A DNA stretch of 23,332 nt from NCBI GenBank assembly GCA_015523565.1, contig WAKA01000036.1, positions 1 to 23,332 on the forward strand. The letters run 5' to 3'. This document shows positions 1 to 6,818 of the stretch, one piece after another (within the stretch, counting starts at the first letter, position 1; every line of letters begins with the position of its first letter). The notes beneath the pieces are model-generated. The model saw only the letters and a program-made list of their open reading frames with translations. It ran no database searches and was not told where the DNA came from. Source of the DNA: Candidatus Heimdallarchaeota archaeon (lineage in GTDB: Archaea > Asgardarchaeota > Heimdallarchaeia > Heimdallarchaeales > Kariarchaeaceae). Position numbers and translations under genes: made by a program.

Positions 1-330
1 GATGTTTGTGTTTGTATTTGAGTGTGTTCTTTGTCTTGATATATTGTGTATGTTGTGTTCTGTATTGTATGTTGTATTGTATTTATATTGTATGATGTAT
101 TGCATTATGTAATGTGTGGGGTATTGTATTTGTTCTTCTCCCTTTTTGGTTTCTTGTTAGTGTGTATCGCGTATTGTATCGCCTTTTGTTTTCATGCTGT
201 ATTGCACTATGTTCTTGGTGTATTGTATTTGTATCGCGTTTTGTGTCTCTCTGTATCATGTGATGACTATGTTGATTGCATTATGTTTTTGGTTAATGTG
301 TTGCAAGGCTCCTATTGACCCAAAGTATGT
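1..330. repeat. Low-complexity T/G-rich non-coding tract built from degenerate GTATTGTAT-like units
   Basis: GTATTG/TGTAT motifs recur many times. Larger degenerate blocks recur about 100 bp apart (tgtattgca(t/c)tatgt at ~96 and ~198; gg(g/t)gtattgtatttgt at ~118 and ~217). All three minus-strand frames contain stops, and the plus-strand ORF is a compositional artefact. Confidence 0.7.
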
Positions 331-491
331 TTGATTCAACTCATTTTGCATGTTGTGTATTGAATGTTGTATGGCCCTGCTTGTTCTGTTGTGGTTGTAG
401 TTGCTGCTTTGGTCGATGTCCCTCCTTATTTTCCAAAAGGACCGTATTATCTTATGTCTCCCAAGCAAAGGTGCATAGGGCATATGCAAGT

Positions 492-686
492 GGGATGCAA
501 TAGGATAATGCTGGGATGCAATGGTGCTGTGCAAGAGAGATGCAATAGTGCATGTGCAAGAGTGATGCAATGGTGCATGTGCAAGAGGGATGCAATAGTG
601 CATGTGCAAGAGGGATGCAATAGTGCATGTGCAAGAGGGATGCAATGGTGCATATGCAGGTGGGATGCAATGGAGCATGTGCAAGG
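492..686. repeat. Tandem array of a 25-bp unit GGGATGCAATAGTGCATGTGCAAGA (~7 full copies plus a partial one)
   Basis: Copies start at 513, 537, 562, 587, 612, 637 and 662, with a partial copy at 492. Units are head-to-tail with no spacers, and each has three TGCA cores. Confidence 0.95.
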
Positions 687-846
687 GAGGTATTCGCCAC
701 TCATCACGTCTCGAACAACTGCAAAAGCTCGGCTTAACGCATATCGAAATAATTGCTTTGACAACATCCGTCAGGCACACTAAGAAGAAATCCGTCAGAC
801 ATATAAAAAATAAAGTCGGCTACTGCCTCGATATCACGTGTTCAAA

Positions 847-1401
847 TCATGATAATACCATGAAGGCTAGAATAATGCCAAAAATCATGAAAGTTACTGC
901 CAACACTATCATCAAAATGATAATTGACACAATAAACGAGAGAAACATTTTCCCAACCCCTTGGGAAGTGGCAGCCGCCATTCCGAGTAGGAAGGCGATA
1001 AATCCTATGAGCCCAAAAAGGAAATAGAGGTTTATCCCTGCAAAAAGGATCAGATATCCCAATATTGCCCAAATCTGTGTCGCTCCAACTATTCTCAAGG
1101 TTTGTTTGGTATTTGCATCTGCTCCAAACATTCTGGCAACGGCGGCAAACACCCATGAAAAGACCAAGGTCATGACCAAAGTTATCACAATGTTTTGTAC
1201 AACAGCAACAGGTATATTGGTGGCTTGGTTTCCGTAACCTGGGGAAAGGGATTTCCCAACGCCCCCCAATGCTCCTGAAATCAAGGCGGCAATGATGATG
1301 ATGAGCAATGCATTTGTGGTTTCGGCATCATCATTCCCGATTTCACTCATTTTGTTCTTGTCGAACTTCAATCCTGCGATTATGATGTCTTGGATTGGCA
1401 T
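847..1401 (-). CDS. Yip1-domain-like multi-pass membrane protein (184 aa)
   Basis: About 5 hydrophobic segments. 'FAAVARMFGADANTKQTLRIVGATQIW' resembles the Yip1 'a.r.fgg.a.f....r..gya' pattern. Confidence 0.65.
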   Translation of the reverse strand: MPIQDIIIAGLKFDKNKMSEIGNDDAETTNALLIIIIAALISGALGGVGKSLSPGYGNQATNIPVAVVQNIVITLVMTLVFSWVFAAVARMFGADANTKQTLRIVGATQIWAILGYLILFAGINLYFLFGLIGFIAFLLGMAAATSQGVGKMFLSFIVSIIILMIVLAVTFMIFGIILAFMVLS

Positions 1402-1499
1402 AATGATGTCTGCAATTTTCCTCTTATAAGTTTTTTTTGCAAATGGGACACAAATCCCCTACCCGAATGCAGAAAAATATGCAGTCGATTTTCAAGTTG

Positions 1500-2009
1500 A
1501 TGAAAATCATTGTCGGTTCAACCAATCCGGTCAAGGTCAGTGCAGTACAGGAAGCAGTGGCTCTCTTTGGTTTGCCTGCAAGTGTGAGGGGGGTGAGTGT
1601 TCCTTCAGGTGTCTCTCCCATGCCCTTGTCCCGGCAGGAGGTTCGCAAGGGAGCCAAGACGCGTGCGATCAACGCCCTTTCACATGGGGCAACTCTTGCC
1701 ATAGGCATGGAGGGGGGCATAGCTCCAATTGAAGGTCAATATTATCTGACGTCCAGTGTCTATGCATGTACCGCCTCTGATGGGGCATGGGGTGGGGAAA
1801 TTCTTGTTCGACTTCCAGAGGACTTGGTTTCCTTGGTTCTTGAAAAAGGGATGGAACTTGGAGATGTGATCGACCTGCAAACAGGGCTGGAGAATTCGAA
1901 ACAGGGGGGTGGTGCTGTTTCCTATCTCACAGGCGGTCGGCTTACGCGTCAGCAGGTTTTTCGTGACTCATGTGTCCAAGCCTTGGCTCCTTTGCTTCAG
2001 TCCATTTGA
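1500..2009 (+). CDS. yjjX: Non-canonical purine NTP phosphatase (inosine/xanthosine triphosphatase, YjjX family)
   Basis: Motifs MKIIVGSTNPVKV, SGVSPMP, GAKTRA, IGMEGG, ELGDVID, KQGGGAVSYLTGG and TRQ. The start was placed at ATG 1500, where family similarity begins. Confidence 0.92.
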   Translation: MKIIVGSTNPVKVSAVQEAVALFGLPASVRGVSVPSGVSPMPLSRQEVRKGAKTRAINALSHGATLAIGMEGGIAPIEGQYYLTSSVYACTASDGAWGGEILVRLPEDLVSLVLEKGMELGDVIDLQTGLENSKQGGGAVSYLTGGRLTRQQVFRDSCVQALAPLLQSI

Positions 2010-3662
2010 GATATACTGGAAATGGTACGCGATTTGAAGTCCGCTTTCAGTTGGACGGACAGCCCTTCTGTTCATTTGTCCCAAAATGGGAATCTTTACA
2101 AGGTGGCCTTTTTCTGTAAGGTCATCTATTGCATCTCTCAATCTTCTTTCACTGTTGGGGTATATGCGAACCAATTCAACGATAGGTATGGCCTGGTCTT
2201 GGCTATGCAGGACAATGTAATGCAGGACAAAGAGCTCGTCAAAGTTCATTTTCAGGACAATGTGGATGATGTTTTGATCTGGCTTGAAGGTTTTTGGGAG
2301 AATGTCACCTTGTTGTGTCTCAGTTGTTTCTTTTCCCTTTTCCGGTTTTTCCGTGGGTTTTTCTTCCTGTATCTCAGTTGTATCATTTTCCCCTTCTGGT
2401 TTTTCCGTGGGTTTTTCTTGCTGCGTCTCAGTTGTATCATTTTCCTGTTTGTTTTCTTCTTTCAATGTGTCTGGGGTGTCCTTGGTGTCTGTCCATTCTT
2501 TTGTACTTATGGCTTCCTGTAGCGGTTCATTCGGCAGTTTGCTCTTTTGTTCTGTTTCAAGTATCTCTTGTTTGCCGGTTTCATTCTCCATGTGTTTGTG
2601 TTCAGTTTGTTGCATTATCACATCAATTATCTGCTGGATGGGTTGTCCCTTGAACAATCTCATTTCCTGTGCCAGGCTTCTTTCCTCAATCTTTGCAGAC
2701 TTCAAGTCTGCGAAGCTTAGGGAAAGTGGGACAATCCAGGTCACTGCAATGGCAATGGGGTTGGTAAGCATGTTGTTGTCCGTTTCAAGATATCGGAAGA
2801 GGATTGCAGTGAAGGTGACAATTGCCCCAAATATGGTCATTGTCTTAAGCAATTTCATTCTTTTTATGGTCTCGAATTGATTTCTCCTGTAGGATACAAT
2901 ATCCTGAATGGGTTCCTGTATGGATTGCGGTTGATGCTTGAAGTCGAGCTCATGGATGAAGATGTTGAAGAGGGCGAATATTACGGTTGGAATGGTCATG
3001 ACTAGTGTATAGTCGATCATTTGGATCTTGCCGTTGGAAAAGGAGTAAGGAAGGGTGAAAAGGACGAGCCAAACCAGGTTTGCAAGATATAACCATTCCA
3101 ATTCCTTCCATGCCTCTTTCTCTGCCGCTGTTTTTTTTTCCTTGTACCAGAAGATAGACCAGAAGACGAGAAGCAGTCCTATGGAAAAATTTTGGGAGAG
3201 TATTGATGCATAGGCAAAAAGGGCGAATATGGTCCATCCCCATGGACCGAACGAGAATAGGGATCCATAATTGTTGTCGTCCATCGGTGTTCCCATGACC
3301 AATTTTGGGTTTTGGGTAAACTTGCCCCAATCGGACAAGGCTACCAGGCCATAGAATATGGGGGTTCCAACAATGCTGATCCAGAGCAAGACTTTCCAGA
3401 TTTTGAATATTTTGTCTTTGTGTTCATTGTCCATTAGGGAGAAGAATTGTTCATTCAGGAAATCATAAGCCAATATCGTTGCATGATAGGTTGAAAGGAT
3501 GATGGCTCCATGCAGGCAAAGGAAAAGATAGCTGAACCAATCCCATCTGAAATCCGGTTCATAGATAAGGATTGCTGGAATGCCAAGGGGAATGATGGCA
3601 ATTGTTGCAATCCAGACACTGAGTGTAAGTTTTTTCCTGAGGCTTTTATCTCCCAAAAACAT
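1968..3662 (-). CDS. Membrane-tethered putative transcription regulator: ~8 TM N-terminal sensor, acidic repeat linker, C-terminal MarR-like winged HTH (564 aa)
   Basis: Hydrophobic helices span residues ~12-320, followed by an E/K/T/Q-rich disordered linker. The C-terminal 'IPIVELVRIYPNSERRLRDAIDDLTEKGHLVKIPILGQMNRRAVRPTESG' fits the wHTH pattern (L..kG.v.r......d.R.v.lT..G). Confidence 0.75.
   Translation of the reverse strand: MFLGDKSLRKKLTLSVWIATIAIIPLGIPAILIYEPDFRWDWFSYLFLCLHGAIILSTYHATILAYDFLNEQFFSLMDNEHKDKIFKIWKVLLWISIVGTPIFYGLVALSDWGKFTQNPKLVMGTPMDDNNYGSLFSFGPWGWTIFALFAYASILSQNFSIGLLLVFWSIFWYKEKKTAAEKEAWKELEWLYLANLVWLVLFTLPYSFSNGKIQMIDYTLVMTIPTVIFALFNIFIHELDFKHQPQSIQEPIQDIVSYRRNQFETIKRMKLLKTMTIFGAIVTFTAILFRYLETDNNMLTNPIAIAVTWIVPLSLSFADLKSAKIEERSLAQEMRLFKGQPIQQIIDVIMQQTEHKHMENETGKQEILETEQKSKLPNEPLQEAISTKEWTDTKDTPDTLKEENKQENDTTETQQEKPTEKPEGENDTTEIQEEKPTEKPEKGKETTETQQGDILPKTFKPDQNIIHIVLKMNFDELFVLHYIVLHSQDQAIPIVELVRIYPNSERRLRDAIDDLTEKGHLVKIPILGQMNRRAVRPTESGLQIAYHFQYISNGLKQRSQGLDT
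2311..2445 (-). repeat. Intragenic 54-bp (18-aa) tandem repeat, ~2.5 copies (ENDTTExQxEKPTEKPEG)
   Basis: Near-identical blocks at 2344-2391 and 2398-2445, with a partial third copy at ~2311-2337. The repeat is in frame. Confidence 0.9.
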
Positions 3663-3817
3663 CCATAATATTCTTGATTTTTATCCAATAAATACTTATT
3701 TTATACGGTTCAAAATCATGCACTTATATTTCTTTTCCCAAGGGTTTCCCATTTGCTGGTTTTTGCCCCTCCTTATTTATTGGCAAGGGGAATCTTTGAT
3801 TAGAGCAAAAACAGCTC

Positions 3818-3823
3818 GGAGGT
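3818..3823 (+). promoter_or_regulatory. Shine-Dalgarno GGAGGT for the small peptide ORF
   Basis: GGAGGT lies 9 nt upstream of the in-frame ATG at 3833 and abuts the ATG at 3824. Confidence 0.75.
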
Positions 3824-3994
3824 ATGAAAAAAATGAAACTCATGATGAAGAAACTGATGATCGCACTACTACCCTTTGTGATTGGAACAAGCATTGCCGC
3901 GGCAAGTGCCGCAGGAACCGTTTGTGACTTCTTTGGCGGCGGCGCATTTGGTTGCATAAGAACCGACGGTACCGCACCTGGTGGTGGCGCATAA
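3824..3994 (+). CDS. Small secreted Gly-rich, two-Cys peptide precursor (56 aa; 53 aa if it starts at 3833), missing from the ORF track
   Basis: Manual translation: MKKMKLMMKKLMIALLPFVIGTSIAAASAAGTVCDFFGGGAFGCIRTDGTAPGGGA*. It has a basic N-region, a hydrophobic core, an A-S-A signal peptidase site and a strong SD. The stop is TAA at 3992-3994. Confidence 0.85.
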   Translation: MKKMKLMMKKLMIALLPFVIGTSIAAASAAGTVCDFFGGGAFGCIRTDGTAPGGGA

Positions 3995-4011
3995 AGCAAC
4001 TCTAATTCTTG

Positions 4012-4218
4012 AAGTCCAATGTACTCAAACTCAATATTTTCAAAGTCCAATGTACTCAAACTCAATAACTTCAAGTCCAATGTACTCAAACTCAATATCT
4101 TCAAAGTCCAATGTACTCAAACTCAATAACTTCAAGTCCAATGTGCTCAGGCTCAATATCTTCAAGTCCAATGTGCTCAGGCTCAATATTTTCAAGATCC
4201 AATGTGCTCAAACTCAAA
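4012..4218. repeat. Tandem array of a 30/31-bp unit AAGTCCAATGTACTCAAACTCAATA(T/A)CTTC(A), 7 copies (last partial)
   Basis: Copies start at 4012, 4043, 4073, 4104, 4134, 4164 and 4194. There are no spacers. The 31-bp units break any reading frame. Confidence 0.95.
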
Positions 4219-4340
4219 GCCCTATCCCAACTGCAATCAAATTCTCTGGCAATCAATAATTCTGCTATCAATGCAAATCGAAAGCAACCCTCAATTGAAA
4301 AACACGCCTTGCAAACCAAGGGTCATCAAAGTTTTGTAAT

Positions 4341-5168
4341 CTATTGCTCAACAATTCTTTTGTAGCTTGCCACCGCCATTCCATAGTAGGTGGGGGCTCC
4401 TATAGTATGGAGCTTGCCTGTCCAATTTCCCTGTATGATGCCGTCAAGGAGCATAAGTCCTGTATAGCCACAAGATAGCGCAGTATTGACCAGTTCTGCG
4501 GCTTTTGCTTTTGCGTCCCTCCAATTCTGGTTTTTGAGGTGCAGGTTGCTGAGCCAATCTCCGATGGCTTCATCAAATGGCTCTGCATCTTCTGAATGAC
4601 CATATGGTCCACTTTCAAGGTGTGTATGCGCCCAATCTCCGCTGACAATGACTGCCACGTTTTCATCCCGTTGCTCAAAAAACTGTGATATCTGTTGTCC
4701 CAGCTTTCTGAGCTCCTCTTCCATTGTTTCAGGATGGATGTACCTGCGTGCAGGATGGGAGAGGATGATGGCTTTTAGGGTGATTTTCTGGAACATGAAA
4801 TAAAGGGGGATGACCTCTCCCCATCTTATCTCAATTGGGAGGGAGGGGACATGTGGTGTGATCAATTCTGCATTGGTCTTTTCAGCAAGCTTTTCCGTTG
4901 TTTCAATGTCCAGTTCCAATGTCAAGGTGAATTCCTTGTAGTCATCCTCCCATTCAGCACTTCCTGCTGCCTTTTGGGAATGGTAGAATGCAAAATGGTT
5001 CTTGAGCATGATCCCATGTGGAGTGCTTAGGACAATGAGGTCTGGTTTTACTTTTTCAATCTCATCGGCCACATTTTCCATTTCTTGTCTCAACGATTTG
5101 CTCGTCTCGTCCATTGGTTTGAGTACCAGTGCCCCATGGGGCAGGACTGCGGCATAATTGATTGGCAT
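4341..5168 (-). CDS. Class III extradiol dioxygenase subunit B / LigB-Memo-like protein (275 aa)
   Basis: Motifs AAVLPHG, PDLIVLSTPHG, WGEVIPL, VIVSGDWAHTH, GPYG, FDEAI, SCGYTG and PTYYGMAVA. Confidence 0.8.
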   Translation of the reverse strand: MPINYAAVLPHGALVLKPMDETSKSLRQEMENVADEIEKVKPDLIVLSTPHGIMLKNHFAFYHSQKAAGSAEWEDDYKEFTLTLELDIETTEKLAEKTNAELITPHVPSLPIEIRWGEVIPLYFMFQKITLKAIILSHPARRYIHPETMEEELRKLGQQISQFFEQRDENVAVIVSGDWAHTHLESGPYGHSEDAEPFDEAIGDWLSNLHLKNQNWRDAKAKAAELVNTALSCGYTGLMLLDGIIQGNWTGKLHTIGAPTYYGMAVASYKRIVEQ

Positions 5169-5208
5169 GTGTGGGCTTGGTGCCCCGTCAAAATAAATGT
5201 GGTGGTTC

Positions 5209-5451
5209 TCAGAGGGATGTTAGCTGTTTCTTGGTATGTTTGGCTGACACTTGCTGGTTGTCGCAGCACTTGTCAATCTTGATGGCGGACGGTTTACCAC
5301 AGCATGGTGCATGTTCTCCTTTCCAGCATCTCCAAAGATATCCGTCCTCGGCTTCAATGACAATCATGCTTCTTCCGCAATGGTGTGGTGCATCAAACTC
5401 GGTTTTGCAATTGTTGCAGATGTACTCCCCCGTAAAGTCCTGTATTTCCAT
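5209..5451 (-). CDS. Small Cys/His-rich metal-binding protein (80 aa)
   Basis: YICNNC...HHCGRSM...CWKGEHAPCCG...KCC gives 8 Cys. ATG 5451 was chosen as the start. It is co-oriented with its neighbours. Confidence 0.7.
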   Translation of the reverse strand: MEIQDFTGEYICNNCKTEFDAPHHCGRSMIVIEAEDGYLWRCWKGEHAPCCGKPSAIKIDKCCDNQQVSAKHTKKQLTSL

Positions 5452-5536
5452 GAATCTATTGGGGAAAAGGGAATAAATAAACATATGGATATGTCTTCAT
5501 TTGACATGTCTGTTTTTGTCGGATGTTTTTGGTCTT

Positions 5537-6661
5537 TTATTCTCTTTTGTTTTTCTCTTTTCTTTTCTTCCTCAGCAGTGGTAGAACGGCAACGGGTACA
5601 GTGATGATTGAGATGGGGCTTTTGGCGATGTTGCTCTTTGAGCCTGTGGGGTTGATTTCCATTTCGACAGTGAAATCGGCAATGGTTGATGTTGGGTCAA
5701 TGAAGTTTTCCACTCCTTCTTTGGCCTTGACATTTATCTTGAGCTTTGCAGTGGTGCCATTGAGGTTGCTGGCAATGTAGAACATGGATGCGGTTGTGAT
5801 CTCGTCACCTTCCTGCAATTTTGCATCACTTGCATAGCTCATGGCGAAAAAGTACTTGGAATCGGAGTTGGGAAGCTTGTCCTTCAGGGATTCATCTTGC
5901 AGGAGGATTGAGATTTCAAGGTCATGTACGTCTGTGGCATCCGGTCCCAATTTCAGAACCTTCAAGTAAAAGTAAAGTGAATATTTTGTCTGTGATTTGG
6001 CAATGGGTTTTTGGGTTTCATTGTCCATGCTGTCTGCCCCAAAAATGATGGTGAAATTGACCTGCGACTCCTTGCCCATGTAGGTGACAACGGATTTGTT
6101 GATCTTGATGCCGTCCTTGAAATCGGTAATTGGATAGCTTTTCTCGTCAGGATTCAGCGTCACCTCATATGTGATGGGTGTGAATTCCGTTTTTGGGTCA
6201 ATGTTGTTCTTGACATTTTCCTTGATGCTGATGATTACTGAAAGGGTGACTCCGTCAACTTTCTCAGTTGGTCCCAAGGGGATGATCTCAATGGATGCAG
6301 ACCATGAGTCTCCCTCTTTGAGTCTTGAATCACTGTCCATGTATATGCCTGAATGGTAGTATGTTGTTTTCTGCAATACATTGGTCTTGGTCATGGTGGT
6401 TGTGACCGCTATGTCATGGATGTCCTGTACATCCTGTCCCAATGCTTCGACAGTCATGCTTATGTTGAGCAGATAGGTTTTGTTGACTTGCATGGTGAGT
6501 TTGCCATTGACCAAGCCGTCATGACCAAGAGTCACATTGACCGCGACAGATGAGCCTTTGTCAGTTGGGAACAATGCATTTCTGCTGGTCTGCTCCGCCT
6601 GCACCTGAAAGGTCATTGTCGCAAAAAAGAAGAGGACAATCAATAGGAATGTTCTTTTCAT
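5537..6661 (-). CDS. Secreted/cell-surface protein with two tandem beta-rich repeats and a C-terminal membrane anchor (374 aa)
   Basis: Signal peptide MKRTFLLIVLFFF...VQA. The domain is internally duplicated (ALGQDVQDIHDI/KLGPDATDVHDL; SDSRLKEGD/SDAKLQEGD; KENVKNNIDP/KEGVENFIDP). The C-terminus is SPIS, then a hydrophobic stretch, then RKKRK. Confidence 0.8.
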   Translation of the reverse strand: MKRTFLLIVLFFFATMTFQVQAEQTSRNALFPTDKGSSVAVNVTLGHDGLVNGKLTMQVNKTYLLNISMTVEALGQDVQDIHDIAVTTTMTKTNVLQKTTYYHSGIYMDSDSRLKEGDSWSASIEIIPLGPTEKVDGVTLSVIISIKENVKNNIDPKTEFTPITYEVTLNPDEKSYPITDFKDGIKINKSVVTYMGKESQVNFTIIFGADSMDNETQKPIAKSQTKYSLYFYLKVLKLGPDATDVHDLEISILLQDESLKDKLPNSDSKYFFAMSYASDAKLQEGDEITTASMFYIASNLNGTTAKLKINVKAKEGVENFIDPTSTIADFTVEMEINPTGSKSNIAKSPISIITVPVAVLPLLRKKRKEKNKRE

Positions 6662-6818
6662 ACCTCAAGATTTGGTTGACTGACTATTTATTGCTAATCG
6701 CTGGGTCATGTCAAATTGAAAAAAAATGTATGATTTAGATAAAATTCCTTATGGATTTTGATCATATGCAAACTTTTTTTTCCATTAACTTTATTCCTTA
6801 CGAGTTTTATTTTGACAT

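Noticed and set aside
46-318. 90-aa hydrophobic ORF
   Set aside because: A by-product of the T/G low-complexity tract (V/L/C/Y only), with no RBS or recognisable domain.
492-686. CRISPR array
   Set aside because: Units are directly adjacent with no unique spacers, and there are no cas genes in the window.
256-1027. Cys/His-rich ORFs over the 25-bp array (256..780, 364..783, 447..767, 452..700, 602..1027) as metallothionein-like proteins
   Set aside because: They are translations of a repeat whose length is not a multiple of 3, open in several frames on both strands simply because the unit lacks stops in most frames.
1437-1499. N-terminal extension of YjjX
   Set aside because: It lies in the divergent promoter region; the family motif starts at Met 1500.
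2022-2880. Antisense ORFs 2022..2522, 2284..2880 and 2294..2653, and similar shadow ORFs across the window
   Set aside because: They are mirror frames of well-supported genes, with biased composition and no motifs.
3824-3994. Peptide as a lanthipeptide/sactipeptide RiPP or type IV pilin
   Set aside because: No modification enzymes or ABC exporter are nearby, and there is no double-Gly leader or class III signal. A Sec signal with a disulfide loop is the simpler reading.
4012-4218. CRISPR array (30-bp repeat length is CRISPR-like)
   Set aside because: No spacers and no leader/cas context; it is a pure tandem repeat.
3724-4365. ORFs 3724..4104, 3981..4259, 4101..4319 and 4111..4365
   Set aside because: They run through the 30/31-bp array with shifting repeat frames or lie antisense to the better-supported peptide gene.
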